Origin: an uncultured Gammaproteobacteria bacterium | GTDB taxonomy: Bacteria; Patescibacteriota; Patescibacteriia; JACQRZ01 | DNA length: 64,000 nt | Assembly (NCBI GenBank): GCA_964621085.1 | Contig: CAZUKY010000005.1 | Coordinates: 4,991 to 68,990, forward strand | Direction: 5' to 3' | Notes under the pieces: generated by a model | What the model was told of the DNA's origin: nothing | The model's database searches: none | Seen by the model: the letters and a program-made list of their open reading frames with translations, nothing else | Made by a program: the position numbers and the translations under genes | Shown here: positions 39,022-51,500 of the stretch, in pieces | Position numbering within the stretch: position 1 is the stretch's first letter | Layout of the letters: the number at the start of each line of letters is the position of its first letter

Positions 39022-40167
39022 ATGCCCGAGGAAATCCCGCGCGAGGACTATCCGATGCGCTTCTATTTGACCGATGGCGCATACGGATATGATGGGCGGG
39101 GATACTGGTGGCATCGCCACATCCTCGCCTTCTTTGATCTTTTCGACACTGCGCCGTTCATGACGATAACAAAGACCATCACCTTCTTCCCCAAAAAGGG
39201 GAATGAGCGGTGGTACAACCCATTCCGTTGCCATCGTCTCATCCGAACATGGCCGTGGGGCGAGGATGCGTTTCAAAGTCCGAAAGTCGTCGGCATCGTT
39301 TCGGCTGACGGACTGGCGAACTGCGGATTCGAGGCGTTTGTCAGGCGATACGGCCTGCGCATCAACGAGGGATCGCGCGATACGCCACTTGTGGGACGCT
39401 ATCGGCAGCTCCAACCAGGCAAACGCCGTCGCGTCATCGTCTCCATTCACGCCCGCCGACTCGAGTTCATCGGCCTGATGGCCCGCGAGCTTGCCAAGCT
39501 GGACATCGCCGGCATCGAACTGAACATCGCACAAAACGAGACAGGGTATCGGCTCAGCAAAGTGAAGAGCAAGCACAAATTCAAGCTCTTCGAAAAGAAC
39601 ATCGACTTCGCCGTCGCCGCCTGCGAGATGCTCAAAAGCGTCACACAGCTTCCGATATACCTGAAGGTTTCCATCGAGCAGTTCCAAGCGATGCCGACCC
39701 TCTTGGAGCGTTTGGAGCAGTGCGAATACGGAGTTCGGATCCGTCATGCCGACTTCATCAGGATCAGCCCGATGGCATGGGGAACCGTATACCGCGGCGT
39801 CACGGACCGCAGTCCACTCGAACACCTTGGCGACGGTTCACTCGCAGGCATTCCCGCCCAGGAGCTGAGCTGGAAATACGCGCAGTATCTGCAGCGCCAT
39901 ACCGACATCCCGATCATTGCCGGAAGCATCTGGTCGGCTGCGGATGTGGATCAGATGCATGAGCGTTGCGGCATCACAGCATTCGCGCTGGATGGGTTGC
40001 ATCGCGTCACCCCGTGGCGCCCGCTCCAGCTTATCGCAGAGCATCAGGAGAAGTGGTTTGAGGCGCGTTTGCCCGCACCCAATCCCAATCTCCTGTACGC
40101 GCTCGCGCTCGCCCCGACACGGACACAAACTCCGTATCGGGAGCCGAGAAAAAAAATCGCACGATAA
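39022..40167 (+). CDS. Dihydroorotate dehydrogenase-fold TIM-barrel protein, divergent
   Basis: IAGIELNIAQNETG region (compare DHOD INISSPNTPG) and C-terminal PIIAGSIWSAADV (compare PIIGVGGI); novel 100-aa N-terminal extension. Confidence 0.45.
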   Translation: MPEEIPREDYPMRFYLTDGAYGYDGRGYWWHRHILAFFDLFDTAPFMTITKTITFFPKKGNERWYNPFRCHRLIRTWPWGEDAFQSPKVVGIVSADGLANCGFEAFVRRYGLRINEGSRDTPLVGRYRQLQPGKRRRVIVSIHARRLEFIGLMARELAKLDIAGIELNIAQNETGYRLSKVKSKHKFKLFEKNIDFAVAACEMLKSVTQLPIYLKVSIEQFQAMPTLLERLEQCEYGVRIRHADFIRISPMAWGTVYRGVTDRSPLEHLGDGSLAGIPAQELSWKYAQYLQRHTDIPIIAGSIWSAADVDQMHERCGITAFALDGLHRVTPWRPLQLIAEHQEKWFEARLPAPNPNLLYALALAPTRTQTPYREPRKKIAR

Positions 40168-40229
40168 TTTTGCCCCGTCGCGCCTGCCGCGAACGGGGCC
40201 TTTCTTTTTTTAAGAATAGTGATTGGTCT

Positions 40230-41909
40230 TTACTCGGCAACACTAAACACCTCTTCAACCGATGTTGTGCCTTCGAGCGCGCGCAGCAGGCCGTCTTGCA
40301 CCATCGTGATCATGCCGTTTGCGACCGCACGGTCTTGAATCGCGTACTCCGAGACATTTTCAGAAAGGATAATCTCCTCAATTTGAGGACTCATCGGCAT
40401 AATCTCATAAATACCGATTCTTCCCTTGTAGCCAAGGCCATTGCACGCCTCGCATCCGACCGGACCGTAAAATTTCATTGAGCTCTGTTGAATCGCAATT
40501 CCGGCATTGGGCGTTATGGAACCAAGGAGTGCAGTGACGCGTTCGCGGATTTCGGGTTGGAGCGCTGTTTCCTTTTTGCACTCGGAACACAATCGCCGCA
40601 CAAGCCGCTGCCCCATAATGCAGTTCATTGCAGGAGCGAGCAAAAACGGCTTGACCCCCATTGCCAAAAATCGCGGAATTGCGCCGGCGGCGCTGTTCGT
40701 ATGAATGGTTGAAATGACAAGGTGGCCAGTCAGCGCGGCATTGATGGCGATGTCTGCCGTCTCGAGGTCCCGGATCTCGCCCACCATAACGATATCGGGG
40801 TCCTGCCGAAGAATCGAACGCAAACCGGCCGCAAACGTGTAGTTCTTGGAGACATCGATCTGGCTCTGGTTGATGCCGGCCAGCTTGTACTCGACCGGAT
40901 CTTCGAGCGTAATGATCTTGATGTCTTCCGCGTTTAGGTGATTAAGAATCGCGTAGAGCGTCGTCGTCTTTCCGGAACCGGTCGGGCCCGTTGTTATGAT
41001 CATGCCGTTGGGCTTTTCGATCTCACGTTTTAATAGCCCATAGTTGTACGGCGAGAGTCCGAGCTGGTCAAATCCCAAGCCTGCTGCTGAAGAACGGAGC
41101 AGGCGCATAACAATGCTTTCGCCGTAACTGGTGGGCAGCGTCGAGACGCGTACGTCAACCTTGTCGTCGTTCAAAAAAATAGTAAATCGGCCGTCTTGCG
41201 GACGATCCGCGACATTGATCTTGAGGCCTGCCAATAACTTTACGCGTGAAACGATTCGCGGCCAGGCTGCAGGCTCGAGGACAGCTACGTCGTGCAGCAT
41301 GCCGTCGATGCGAAAACGGACCTTTACGTCCTTCTCCTCAGCCTCGATATGAATATCCGAGGAGCGCGTCGCCAATGATGACGCGATTAAAATAGTGATG
41401 ATCTCCGTCATCGAGACGTCGCGCAACTGGTCTTTGATCGTGCGGATATCAGAAAAAGAGCCGGCGTATCTGTCGAGATCTTCTTGCGCGATGGAAACAC
41501 CGTCGGGTTCATCGACAACGCGGGGAATCTGCGCGTAGAGCTTCATCGCACTCGCAAAGCTTGCGTCCGAACAGACGTAGAGCGAAATGGTGCTGTGTGT
41601 CGTTTTGGAAAACTCGTCTAAGAATTCTTTTAACCCGTCCGCATGCGGATCGACGGCGGCGACTTTGCGGTCGCCGGGACTTTCCGCAAAACAGACGATC
41701 CGATACCGGCGCGCATCCGCCTCCGAAATACTCTCCAACGCGCCAACGGGGATAGGGATGCCCACCAATGAAATATAGGAAAGCCCAGCGGCAAAGGCTG
41801 CCATCTGGGCTTCCTGTTCTTTTTCCTTCAGCTGCAGCTCGCGCATCTTGTCGTCAAACTTTTCGGCTGCCGCGGAAGGTGTGATGTTTTTGATATGAGA
41901 GTCTGACAT
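40230..41909 (-). CDS. pilB: Type IV pilus / type II secretion assembly ATPase PilB/GspE
   Basis: Walker A GPTGSGKTT, Asp and His boxes, tetracysteine motif CSEC...CEAC. Confidence 0.9.
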   Translation of the reverse strand: MSDSHIKNITPSAAAEKFDDKMRELQLKEKEQEAQMAAFAAGLSYISLVGIPIPVGALESISEADARRYRIVCFAESPGDRKVAAVDPHADGLKEFLDEFSKTTHSTISLYVCSDASFASAMKLYAQIPRVVDEPDGVSIAQEDLDRYAGSFSDIRTIKDQLRDVSMTEIITILIASSLATRSSDIHIEAEEKDVKVRFRIDGMLHDVAVLEPAAWPRIVSRVKLLAGLKINVADRPQDGRFTIFLNDDKVDVRVSTLPTSYGESIVMRLLRSSAAGLGFDQLGLSPYNYGLLKREIEKPNGMIITTGPTGSGKTTTLYAILNHLNAEDIKIITLEDPVEYKLAGINQSQIDVSKNYTFAAGLRSILRQDPDIVMVGEIRDLETADIAINAALTGHLVISTIHTNSAAGAIPRFLAMGVKPFLLAPAMNCIMGQRLVRRLCSECKKETALQPEIRERVTALLGSITPNAGIAIQQSSMKFYGPVGCEACNGLGYKGRIGIYEIMPMSPQIEEIILSENVSEYAIQDRAVANGMITMVQDGLLRALEGTTSVEEVFSVAE

Positions 41910-41941
41910 AGGGCGTTCAAGCGGGCCGCCCCATGTGCGCT

Positions 41942-43795
41942 TTAAGCGGATGCGGGCGGGATCTCGGGAGCGTGGGCAAAAATACCTTCAAACGCCTCTC
42001 GCTCGATCGTTTCTTTTTCCATGAGTAATTGTACTATAGTTTCCAATTTTTCTCGAGAGTCCCGTATGACCCGCTGAGCGGTTTCATATGCCTCTTTGAT
42101 GAACTGGCCGATCTCCTGATCGATCAGCTCAGCCGTCTTCTCGCTGTAATCCCGCTGCTCAGAAATTTCACGGCCCAAAAAGACCATCTCCTCCCGCGTG
42201 CCGAAAACGCGCTGACCGAGCTGATCGCTCATGCCGAACTGGGTGACGAGACGCTTAGCAAGCTTGCTCGCTTTTTCCAAGTCGTTGCTGGCACCGGTCG
42301 TTACCTCTGAAAACACGGCCTGCTCCGCCGCGTAGCCTCCCAGCAGCACGGCAAGTTCTGCCTTGAATTCTGACTTGGTATGATAGTGCTTGTCCTCTGT
42401 CGGCAAGTTGAGCGTGTAGCCGCCGGCTGCACCCCGAGAGATAATCGAGATCTTATGCACGGGCGGCGCCTCGGGCAGGATGTGCGCGACAAGAGCATGT
42501 CCTGCCTCGTGATAGGCCGTAATCTTTTTTTCCTTATCCGACATGATCCGCGACCTGCGCTCCGGACCCAGCAGGACCTTCTCGATACTGGAAAGAATGG
42601 CGTCTTCCGTGATCTCCTTCAGGTCGTTGCGCGCCGTCAAGATCGCGGCCTCGTTCATGAGGTTAGCAAGATCGGCTCCGGAAAATCCCGGCGTACGCTC
42701 CGCAACCTTCCGCAAGGAGACGGTTTTTTCGAGCGGCTTGTTCTTCGCGTGGACCGCCAAGATCGCCTCGCGGTCGTCAATGCTGGGAAGATCGATCATG
42801 ACGCGGCGATCAAAGCGTCCGGGGCGGAGCAACGCCGGATCGAGTACGTCAGGGCGGTTGGTTGCCGCCAAGACGATAACGTTTGTCGTCGGATCGAAGC
42901 CGTCGAGCTCGACAAGAATCTGGTTGAGCGTCTGCTCGCGTTCGTCATGAGAACCCCCGAGGCCTGCGCCGCGCTGGCGCCCGACCGCATCGATTTCATC
43001 GACGAAAACGATACAGGGAGATTCTTTTTTCGCACGCGCAAAAAGGTCGCGCACGCGACTTGCGCCGACGCCGACAAACATCTCGATGAATTCCGAGCCG
43101 GACACATGGAAAAACGGAACATCCGCCTCTCCGGCGACTGCCTTGGCAAGGAGAGTTTTTCCCGTGCCTGGAGCGCCGACCAAGAGGACCCCTTTCGGAA
43201 TCTTTGCGCCGAGACTGATGAATTTTTTCGGATCCTTGAGAAACTCGATGATCTCGACAAGCTCTTGCTTTGCCTCAGTCGCGCCGGCGACATCGACAAA
43301 GGTTACCTTGTTTTTCGTGTTTTGCGGATCGAACTGCTGCGCGCGCGAGAGGCCGAAGGTCAGAGCGCGATTGCTCGCACCTTGGACGTGACGCAGCATA
43401 AGAAAAATGAAGAGTCCGAGTATCAGAAACGGTAAGAGGATGGAAAGGATGGTTCCCAGCCACACCATTCCGCCTTGCCCTTTCACCTCGACGGCGACTT
43501 TTTTCATCTTTTCGACATCAACCTCGTAGTTCTTCAATAGTTCGCTCAGGCTTTCTACCGGCTCTTTTTTTACGACCTCCTTCGTATCGTCGGTAAGCGT
43601 CACATTCAGCGTATCGCCTTTGACCTCGATAGACTTCACCTTCTCTTCGTTGATCTGCGACACAAGCGTCTCGATGCCGGCACTCTCTGCCTTTTGGAAG
43701 GATGGCCGCGAATAGAGACTGAAAAAGCTCGCGATGCCGATCACGACCACGACGAAGACGAGGATGTTTTTTGCAATTGGATTCATGGGTATCAC
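41942..43795 (-). CDS. ftsH: ATP-dependent zinc metalloprotease FtsH
   Basis: Two N-terminal TMs, AAA Walker [14 protein letters not shown] zinc motif. Confidence 0.95.
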   Translation of the reverse strand: MIPMNPIAKNILVFVVVVIGIASFFSLYSRPSFQKAESAGIETLVSQINEEKVKSIEVKGDTLNVTLTDDTKEVVKKEPVESLSELLKNYEVDVEKMKKVAVEVKGQGGMVWLGTILSILLPFLILGLFIFLMLRHVQGASNRALTFGLSRAQQFDPQNTKNKVTFVDVAGATEAKQELVEIIEFLKDPKKFISLGAKIPKGVLLVGAPGTGKTLLAKAVAGEADVPFFHVSGSEFIEMFVGVGASRVRDLFARAKKESPCIVFVDEIDAVGRQRGAGLGGSHDEREQTLNQILVELDGFDPTTNVIVLAATNRPDVLDPALLRPGRFDRRVMIDLPSIDDREAILAVHAKNKPLEKTVSLRKVAERTPGFSGADLANLMNEAAILTARNDLKEITEDAILSSIEKVLLGPERRSRIMSDKEKKITAYHEAGHALVAHILPEAPPVHKISIISRGAAGGYTLNLPTEDKHYHTKSEFKAELAVLLGGYAAEQAVFSEVTTGASNDLEKASKLAKRLVTQFGMSDQLGQRVFGTREEMVFLGREISEQRDYSEKTAELIDQEIGQFIKEAYETAQRVIRDSREKLETIVQLLMEKETIEREAFEGIFAHAPEIPPASA

Positions 43796-43816
43796 GGTTG
43801 GATGGATTACGTGCGC

Positions 43817-45007
43817 TTATTCGGCGCTTTGCGATTGCTGATCCGCGCCCGCGGCGGGATCGGCCGAGCCGTCTGCCCCTGCCGAGCTGACTGAAGTGTC
43901 ATCTTTTTTCTTTTGCGACAAGGCCTTGATACTCAAGCCGAGACGATGCTCCTTGGGTTCGATAGATACGATGACGAAATCAAGCACGTCGCCTTCGTGC
44001 GCAATTTGGGACGGGTCGGAAACGGGCTTTGCCGAAAGTTCGGATACGTGGGCAAGACCGTGAATCTCGGGATCCAGCTCGACAAAGAGACCGAACGGAT
44101 TGATCTTAAGAACCTTGCCGCTCACTTTTTTGCCGACACTGTAGCGCTCTTCCACGTTTTTCCATGGGTCATCGATGAGTTTTTTCATCGAAAGGAAGAT
44201 TTTTGATCCGTCGATCTTTATGATCTCGGCCTTGATCTGCTGACCCGAGCTGACAATATCATGCGGATTTTCAATGCGCTGCCATGCGAGTTCGGAAATA
44301 TGGACGAGACCCTCAAGCCCCTCCCCGAACTGGACAAAGACGCCAAAGTCGGTGATGACTGTCACCGTACCCTCGACGACGTCGCCAACCTTGTATTTGC
44401 CGATGACATCGCGCTGTTTTTCTTCCCATGCCGCCTTTTCCGAGACGATCAGCTTTTCCTCCGCCTCCTGCGCATCAATAACTTTCGCCTCGAACATCTC
44501 ACCGACATAGAGCTTCAATCGCTCAAGAATGCGGTTCTTATCTCCGCCCTGAATGCGCGGGTAGTGTTCGGGACACAGTTGCGAGACGGGCATGAATCCG
44601 GATACGTTGCCGACTTGCACCATCAGGCCTCCTTTGTTCGCCTCGACAATTTTGACCGGCGTGATCTCCCCGCTCGAAAGAAGCTCGCGCAGACGATCCC
44701 AGGCGCGCTTGTGACCGGCAGACCGGAAGGAGATCTCCATGAGCCCCATCTCGTTCTCGATATCAATGACGGTTGCGGAAACCTCATCGCCAACCTTCAG
44801 ATTCGAGTATTCGCCGGACTCATCAATCAGTTCGTGTCCTCGCGCAATGCCGGTTGCAATGCCACCAATATCGACATAGACCTCATTTTTCGAGACAGAC
44901 AGGACAGTTCCAGATACGATATCGCCGGGCTTTGCCAGCTGCACTGACGTTTCCTCCAGAAGATCCTTATAGTTCTTTTCTGCCGTCTCAGTCGTTTTTA
45001 CGCTCAT
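43817..45007 (-). CDS. rpsA: 30S ribosomal protein S1
   Basis: Four S1 domains (GxV...F.V) and an acidic C-terminal tail. Confidence 0.9.
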   Translation of the reverse strand: MSVKTTETAEKNYKDLLEETSVQLAKPGDIVSGTVLSVSKNEVYVDIGGIATGIARGHELIDESGEYSNLKVGDEVSATVIDIENEMGLMEISFRSAGHKRAWDRLRELLSSGEITPVKIVEANKGGLMVQVGNVSGFMPVSQLCPEHYPRIQGGDKNRILERLKLYVGEMFEAKVIDAQEAEEKLIVSEKAAWEEKQRDVIGKYKVGDVVEGTVTVITDFGVFVQFGEGLEGLVHISELAWQRIENPHDIVSSGQQIKAEIIKIDGSKIFLSMKKLIDDPWKNVEERYSVGKKVSGKVLKINPFGLFVELDPEIHGLAHVSELSAKPVSDPSQIAHEGDVLDFVIVSIEPKEHRLGLSIKALSQKKKDDTSVSSAGADGSADPAAGADQQSQSAE

Positions 45008-45132
45008 ATATTATGAATAAAATTATGAATAATTATGAGTATTTTCTCGCTGTTTCTTGAACTGCTTGGTTGAAATGGAAGTATAATGGATTTTTCTTCA
45101 GCGATCAAGAGTAGTCAGTGTCACGCGAGCCC

Positions 45133-47130
45133 TTATACGCTTAACATGACGATAAGCAACGCGACAATGTTGAGAATCTTAATCATCGGGTTGACCGCTG
45201 GGCCCGCCGTATCCTTGTACGGGTCGCCGACGGTGTCGCCGGTTACGGCTGCCTGATGCGCAAGCGATCCCTTGCCGCCGAAGTTGCCTTCTTCGATGTA
45301 TTTCTTTGCGTTATCCCACGCGCCGCCGCCGGATGTCATGGATATAGCGACAAAAATACCGGTGACGATAGAGCCGACAAGGAGACCGCCAACGGCCTCT
45401 GCGCCCAGAAGATACCACACGGCAATAGGCGCGACGACCGGCAAGAGCGCCGGTGCGATCATCGAACGGATCGCGGCCTTTGTGACGATATCAACAGTAC
45501 GTCTGTAATCCGGCTTTGCCGTTCCCTCCATAATACCGGGAATCTCCTTGAACTGACGGCGCACCTCGTCGACAACTTTCCCGCCGGTCGTTCCGACCGC
45601 CTCCATGGAAAGCGCTGCGAAGAAATACGGCAGCAGGCCGCCCACAAACAGGCCGATGAGCACGTTCGGATCATCAATAAGGAAGATAGCGGCGTTCGGA
45701 CCGCGGAGCTCGCCGAGCGCATGCGTATAATCGGCAAAGAGGACGAGTGCGGCTAACCCTGCCGATCCGATGGCATACCCCTTCGTGATTGCCTTTGTCG
45801 TATTGCCGACCGCATCCAGCGGATCGGTGATTGCGCGCACTTCCGCAGGCAGATCCGCCATCTCCGCGATGCCGCCGGCGTTATCCGTGATCGGTCCGTA
45901 CGCATCGATGGCAACGATGATGCCGGCCATCGAGAGCATTGACATCGCAGCAATCGCGATGCCGTACAAGCCGGCGAAGTTGTAGGCGACAAAGATACCC
46001 GCCGCGATGACGAGAACCGGCAGAACGGTTGCTTTCAGGGAGACCGCGAGACCGGTAATAATATTTGTCGCATGGCCAGTCTGCGAGCTTGCCGCAATGG
46101 AGCGGACCGGTGCGAACTTGGTTGATGTGTAATACTCGGTGAGAAGGACAAGCAATGCCGTGACTACCAATCCGACGAGCGTCGCACCGTAAATCATCGA
46201 CGGCTGGTATACGCCATTATCGCCCATCATTGTCATGATGATGGGATAGAGCAGCACTGCCGAGAGAATGCCGCTCACGGCCAGTCCCCGATACAGCGCG
46301 CCCATAATGCGCTTTTTGGCGTCAAGCTTGATGAAAAACCCTCCGATCACCGATGTGATGATAGATACAGCCCCGATAACGAGCGGCAAAAGCACGGCAT
46401 TTCCCATGCCGAAAAGATAGGAGCCCAGAAGCATGGTTGCAACCGCGGTAACAGCGTACGTCTCAAAGAGGTCTGCCGCCATGCCGGCGCAGTCGCCGAC
46501 GTTGTCGCCGACGTTGTCGGCAATGACCGCCGGATTGCGCGGATCGTCCTCGGGGATACCCGCTTCCACCTTGCCCACCAGGTCAGCCCCGACATCGGCC
46601 GCCTTGGTAAAGATACCGCCTCCCAATCGGGCAAAGACGGAGATAAGGCTGCCGCCAAAACCCAAACCGACAAGCGAGGCAACGTTCCCGGTCACCGCAT
46701 AAAATCCCGCAACGCCCAAGAGTCCCAAACCGACAACCAGAAGCCCCGTAACCAACCCGCCGCGCACCGCAACATTCAAGGCATGCTGCATGCCCGACTT
46801 TGCCGCTTCGGCCGTGCGGACATTTGCGCGCACGGAAATGTTCATGCCGATATATCCGGCCGCGCCCGAAAAGATTGCGCCGATCAGGAACGCTACGGCC
46901 GTTTCGATGTTGAGAAAGTAGGCGATGAAAAGCGCTACCGCAACCGCAACAACGGCGATCGTGCGGTACTGGCGATTGAGATACGCGCTCGCCCCCTCCT
47001 GTATCGCACGGGCGATCTCCTGCATTTTTTCGTTACCTGCCGGCAATCTCAGGATAAGGCGGATAAGAATTGCTCCGTAGATGATCGCGCCGATAGAAGT
47101 CGCGATCGCAAATAGGAGACTTTGTGACAT
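45133..47130 (-). CDS. hppA: Membrane-bound proton/sodium-translocating pyrophosphatase
   Basis: H+-PPase motifs [19 protein letters not shown] and [13 protein letters not shown]; about 16 TM helices. Confidence 0.95.
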   Translation of the reverse strand: MSQSLLFAIATSIGAIIYGAILIRLILRLPAGNEKMQEIARAIQEGASAYLNRQYRTIAVVAVAVALFIAYFLNIETAVAFLIGAIFSGAAGYIGMNISVRANVRTAEAAKSGMQHALNVAVRGGLVTGLLVVGLGLLGVAGFYAVTGNVASLVGLGFGGSLISVFARLGGGIFTKAADVGADLVGKVEAGIPEDDPRNPAVIADNVGDNVGDCAGMAADLFETYAVTAVATMLLGSYLFGMGNAVLLPLVIGAVSIITSVIGGFFIKLDAKKRIMGALYRGLAVSGILSAVLLYPIIMTMMGDNGVYQPSMIYGATLVGLVVTALLVLLTEYYTSTKFAPVRSIAASSQTGHATNIITGLAVSLKATVLPVLVIAAGIFVAYNFAGLYGIAIAAMSMLSMAGIIVAIDAYGPITDNAGGIAEMADLPAEVRAITDPLDAVGNTTKAITKGYAIGSAGLAALVLFADYTHALGELRGPNAAIFLIDDPNVLIGLFVGGLLPYFFAALSMEAVGTTGGKVVDEVRRQFKEIPGIMEGTAKPDYRRTVDIVTKAAIRSMIAPALLPVVAPIAVWYLLGAEAVGGLLVGSIVTGIFVAISMTSGGGAWDNAKKYIEEGNFGGKGSLAHQAAVTGDTVGDPYKDTAGPAVNPMIKILNIVALLIVMLSV

Positions 47131-47170
47131 ACGTTTTATGCGTGAGCGTTACGTCTCTTATGAATAATAG

Positions 47171-48463
47171 TTATTCCTCGTCTGAATCTTTTTTCCCTGT
47201 ATCCTGTGCGGGTGTTGCCTCCTCGTCTCCATCATCACCCGACTCGATGATCTCTGGGCCCTCGGTGTGCTCCTCATCACCCTCGTCGTGCGCATGCTCG
47301 TCAGGGAGTACCCCGTCGCCTTCTACCTCGATATTCCAACCCGTCAGCATGGAGGCAAGGCGAACGTTCTGGCCCATCTTGCCGATCGCAAGCGACAGCT
47401 GGTCCTGCGGAACCCCCACATGAGCGAGTGCTTTTCCTTCGTCCAGGGAAATCGAGTTGATTTTCGCGGGAGAGAGCGCGTTAGCAATATACTGCTCCGG
47501 ATCCTCGTCGTACTGGATGACATCGATCTTTTCTCCGCCGAGCTCGGCGATGATCGTCTGGATGCGGCTGCCTCGCTGCCCAATACATGAGCCGATCGGA
47601 TCGATATTTTCCTGGTGGGATACAACCGCGACCTTGGAACGGAAACCCGGTTCGCGGCTCACGCCTTTCACCTCGATGCTTCCTGCTGCGATCTCAGGAA
47701 TTTCGCTCTCGAAAATTTTACGCACCATGTTCGGATGCGCGCGCGAGACAATGATCTCGGGACCCCGCGTATTGGATCCGACTGAAACAACATAGACCTT
47801 GATACGATCCCCTTGATTGTACCTTTCGCGCTGAATCTGCTCCGAAATGGGCATAACGGCGGTCACGCGACCGAAGTCGACGAGCACGCGCGACTCTTCG
47901 CGCCGCTGGACAGTGCCGATCATGATGGTATCTTCTTTATCCTTAAAGCTGTCAAACAGCATCGTCCGCTCCGCCTCGCGGATTTTTTGGATAAGCACTT
48001 GTTTTGCCGTCTGGGCGGCCATGCGCCCGAACTCGTCGGTATGAGGCGGCAGGGCGGTCCGAATTTCATCGCCAATCTCTGCGTCCGCTTTTATGAGCCG
48101 GGCATCAGAAATCATGATATCGGTTTTGGGATTAAAACGCTTCTTTCCCTCTTCACCTTCTTCTCCTCCCGCCGTCTCGACAGCCTGCGCAACACTCGGG
48201 CCGTGCGCAGATGGCGACGACTCTTCGTCGGTGACTTCCTCAAGCTCGCTTTCGTCGATATCCTCCACAACCTGTTTCACGTCAAAAACATCAAAGTCGC
48301 CGGTCTTGATATCAAACTCGACCTTGATGTTCTGATTCTTCTCGCCGAAGTCCTTGCGGTAGGCTGCTGCCAACGCCGCCTCGACCGCCTCAATGACGTC
48401 TTCAAGGGCAATGCCTTTTTCGTCACACAAGTTCTTTATTTCAGAGGCTTTTGGATTGTTCAT
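47171..48463 (-). CDS. nusA: Transcription termination/antitermination factor NusA
   Basis: NusA N-terminal domain plus S1 and KH domains; acidic insert and acidic C-terminal tail; start taken at [10 protein letters not shown]. Confidence 0.9.
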   Translation of the reverse strand: MNNPKASEIKNLCDEKGIALEDVIEAVEAALAAAYRKDFGEKNQNIKVEFDIKTGDFDVFDVKQVVEDIDESELEEVTDEESSPSAHGPSVAQAVETAGGEEGEEGKKRFNPKTDIMISDARLIKADAEIGDEIRTALPPHTDEFGRMAAQTAKQVLIQKIREAERTMLFDSFKDKEDTIMIGTVQRREESRVLVDFGRVTAVMPISEQIQRERYNQGDRIKVYVVSVGSNTRGPEIIVSRAHPNMVRKIFESEIPEIAAGSIEVKGVSREPGFRSKVAVVSHQENIDPIGSCIGQRGSRIQTIIAELGGEKIDVIQYDEDPEQYIANALSPAKINSISLDEGKALAHVGVPQDQLSLAIGKMGQNVRLASMLTGWNIEVEGDGVLPDEHAHDEGDEEHTEGPEIIESGDDGDEEATPAQDTGKKDSDEE

Positions 48464-48559
48464 ATATTCTCGCAATGATCGCGTAAATTTTCTAAAAGAA
48501 AGAGGGTAGCGTGATGCTACCCTCGATAATGACAAGTATACACCGTCTGCCCCCTGTCG

Positions 48560-51500
48560 TCAAGCGGATTGCTGAGCCTCTTGAGTGGCGGGCGAATCAG
48601 GCTGCTGAGTCGTCATTCGGTTGTCTGAGTCAGGGAGGCCCGGTGGCGGGGCCAAGCTGGCCGCATCGGAATAATTCTGAGACAGCGATGCCGGCTCAAC
48701 GGATTGCACTATTGGTGACGACGCGTCAGACGGCTCTCCGGAAAGCGGCTGAAGGGGGACATTGATCTTTAACATCGTGTTCTTCTTTTTCAGCGTTACG
48801 ACCTCGCCCATGTATGCGTTCTTCTTCTTTGGTCGCTCGGCAGGCGGAAACGCGTATCGGTCTTTGGCGGCGCGCAAAATGTAGGATCCGGGCGGCGTGA
48901 GAAAGCTGAAACGGCCATGGTAATCCGACAGGCGCGTTCGCAAGAGCTTATTGTCTGGGGACTGAAAGATCGAGATTGCAGCGAGCGGAATCGGTTCGAG
49001 CGTTAACGCATCGAAGACGACGCCCCAAGGCTTTTCGATGCGAGAGGAAAGAATGTACTGGCCCACAAAGAGCGCAGCGCCAAGAATGAGAAGGGTTGTA
49101 TTCAGGGCGCTTGGCGTATAGACGGTCAGAACTCCGCTGATGACAAGACTTCCCATAATCAGGAACCGCGTCGAGCGCTGCAGCGAGGCAAAGGCGCGGC
49201 GCAGCGGCGAGTGAAACGCACCCGGATTCGGCGGGTCGAGCGGAATGCTCATGTTCAAGATCTGGTCCGGGTGCGTAATCTCGAATGAATCGCCCCGGTA
49301 CACGTCCGCATACGCGTCATCGCGCGAACCTGTCACGATCTCAGAAGGGAAATGAAACGGCGCCTTGCTGACACTAAGCTCATACGTTCCCGGTTGGGCA
49401 TAAAAGCTGAAACGCCCCGCCTTGTCGGTGACCTGCGTCTCGACAAGCTTCTTGCTCTGAGTAGAAATAAGGCGGACGATGGCAAGATCCACGGGATTTT
49501 TCGAGATAGCGTCGTACACGACTCCCCACGGCCGTCGGCGCTTCCGAATGCCAAGAACCGTCAAAAAGATTGAAAAGAAGTGGTTTGCGTAGTGATACCA
49601 TTGCAGAGTATTCGCGATGATCGCAGGATGCGTGAACGCGGCAACCGGTACCGCGACGGCGACGGTCGACTGCAAGACAGGCTCAGATGTCACGACTGCG
49701 GCGGCGACAGCAGTGTTGATCGCCGCACCGGTTGCCTTTGCCTGCTCGAGGGCTGGGCCGACCGTGCTCAGTATGTCCGCTTGCAGCGCCCCGCCGGTTA
49801 CGGAAGCAAAGAACCGAACTTGAGCCACCTGATCATCCGCATAGACGATTCGCAGAGTCAGCGGAGTCTTGCCTTTCTCGTCAGGCATTGACACTTTGCC
49901 CCGATAACAGGACCTTCGCTCATCCCATTCAAGCGCGGAGCGGTCACTTCCGAGCAGTACGGCAACCGCTTTCACGGTTTTCGGGAAAACCGTCTTTGAG
50001 ATGCAGACCTCATACGGGGTACGGGCGGGGGCGTAAAACTCGTTATTGCTATTGAGTCCGATGCGCTTGCCCGTGACATCGCTTGTCAACTGCACATCGC
50101 TTGGCATGATCGCTGTCTGCACGCCCTGCAAGGATGCCGCGGGCGTGACGGCGACCGATCGTGACTGCCGGTCAGCGGGTTGGGCACCCTCGATGCGCGG
50201 ATCGCCGAGCACTAAGAGATAGGTTAGGTGCGAGAGATTGCCGCTCACGGCATTTTTGCTCAAGGTGCTTTTTTCCGCTGCAAGCGTTCCACTGACAGGA
50301 TCCCACGAGAAGGCGCGAAGCGTCGCCGCATCAATATCTTCCAACTCGTCGGCGCGGAAAGTGATCGTATAAAAAAGAGGGTTTTCAAAACGTGTGATGG
50401 CATTGCCTGCCTGATCGTATGCCGTAATCAAATACACATGCGCTTTTACGGCCCGTTTCTCGGACGGTATGCGGACACCGGACCAGCTCCGCGCCTGCTG
50501 AATGGAGACGTTCTTGATATCGAACGTATACATGCTCGCCTTTGCCTCAAATGCGGACGGCGGCGTTTTTTGCGCAAGATCAATATCTATTCCCGCAAGG
50601 GTTGCTGTCGCGAGCTTTGCGCCACTCGGCGCTTCGCCGCGCAGGAATTCACTACTCTGACGCGGCACGACAATATCGAGTCCCATGCCGTCTTCGCGCG
50701 TAACCGTAATGCGACGACTCTCATTTGTCGGAATAACGACCCGCTGGGGCGCAGCAAGCCGGATCGACAGCGGTGCGGTACGATCGTCTTTTTCAGGAGT
50801 CTCGACTTCTTCTTTGACTGACGGCTCATCAGCAATAAGTGCGAGCGCTGGCAGTGGCTGCACAGGCGGCGGCGGAACGAAGCGAGAGACGACTCTTTCT
50901 ATTACACTGCCGGATGCAGCCGGCTGAGGGGCTTGCGGCGCGCTTCTTGTTTCTTGGGCTGCCGGCTTTTCTTCTTTCGGTTCTGTGACTGGATCAGGCT
51001 CTTTTGGCGGTGATTCCTGTTTCGCGACCGGAGGAACTGCTGGCGGCGGCTCAGGAACGCTACCGGTTGCTCCAACGAGCATGACATTTGTAAGACTGAC
51101 GTCGTTGCCGGCCGCCAGCCAGACAGGCTTGCCGCACCACTTTGTGTTGTCATTTTGACAAACGAAAGTCGACGCAGTGACAAGCTGCCGCGTACCAGTG
51201 CTTTGAAATGTCGCATGGGTACCGATTTCGATCGTTACGGTCGCTCCTGCGGCAACCGCCGTACCGGATGACGGAAAAGAAAATGTTACCGTTTTCAAAC
51301 TTGAATCAACCGCAACTCCCCACACACTCACGCCAGCAGCGCTTGCAAGCGTTGCGTCAGTGCCACTGTAACTCAAGTCGATGTCAGTGTAATCTACCGA
51401 ACCGGTACTTGATATCAGGTTCGCAAGGTCCAACTTGATCCGCTGTCCGCTCGAGACGCCGGACGTTGCGACAAAAGAAATCGTATGATTCGCGGCAGCA

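Noticed and set aside
38977-39825. 282-aa minus-strand ORF
   Set aside because: Antisense shadow of the DHOD-fold gene; no start context; low-complexity composition.
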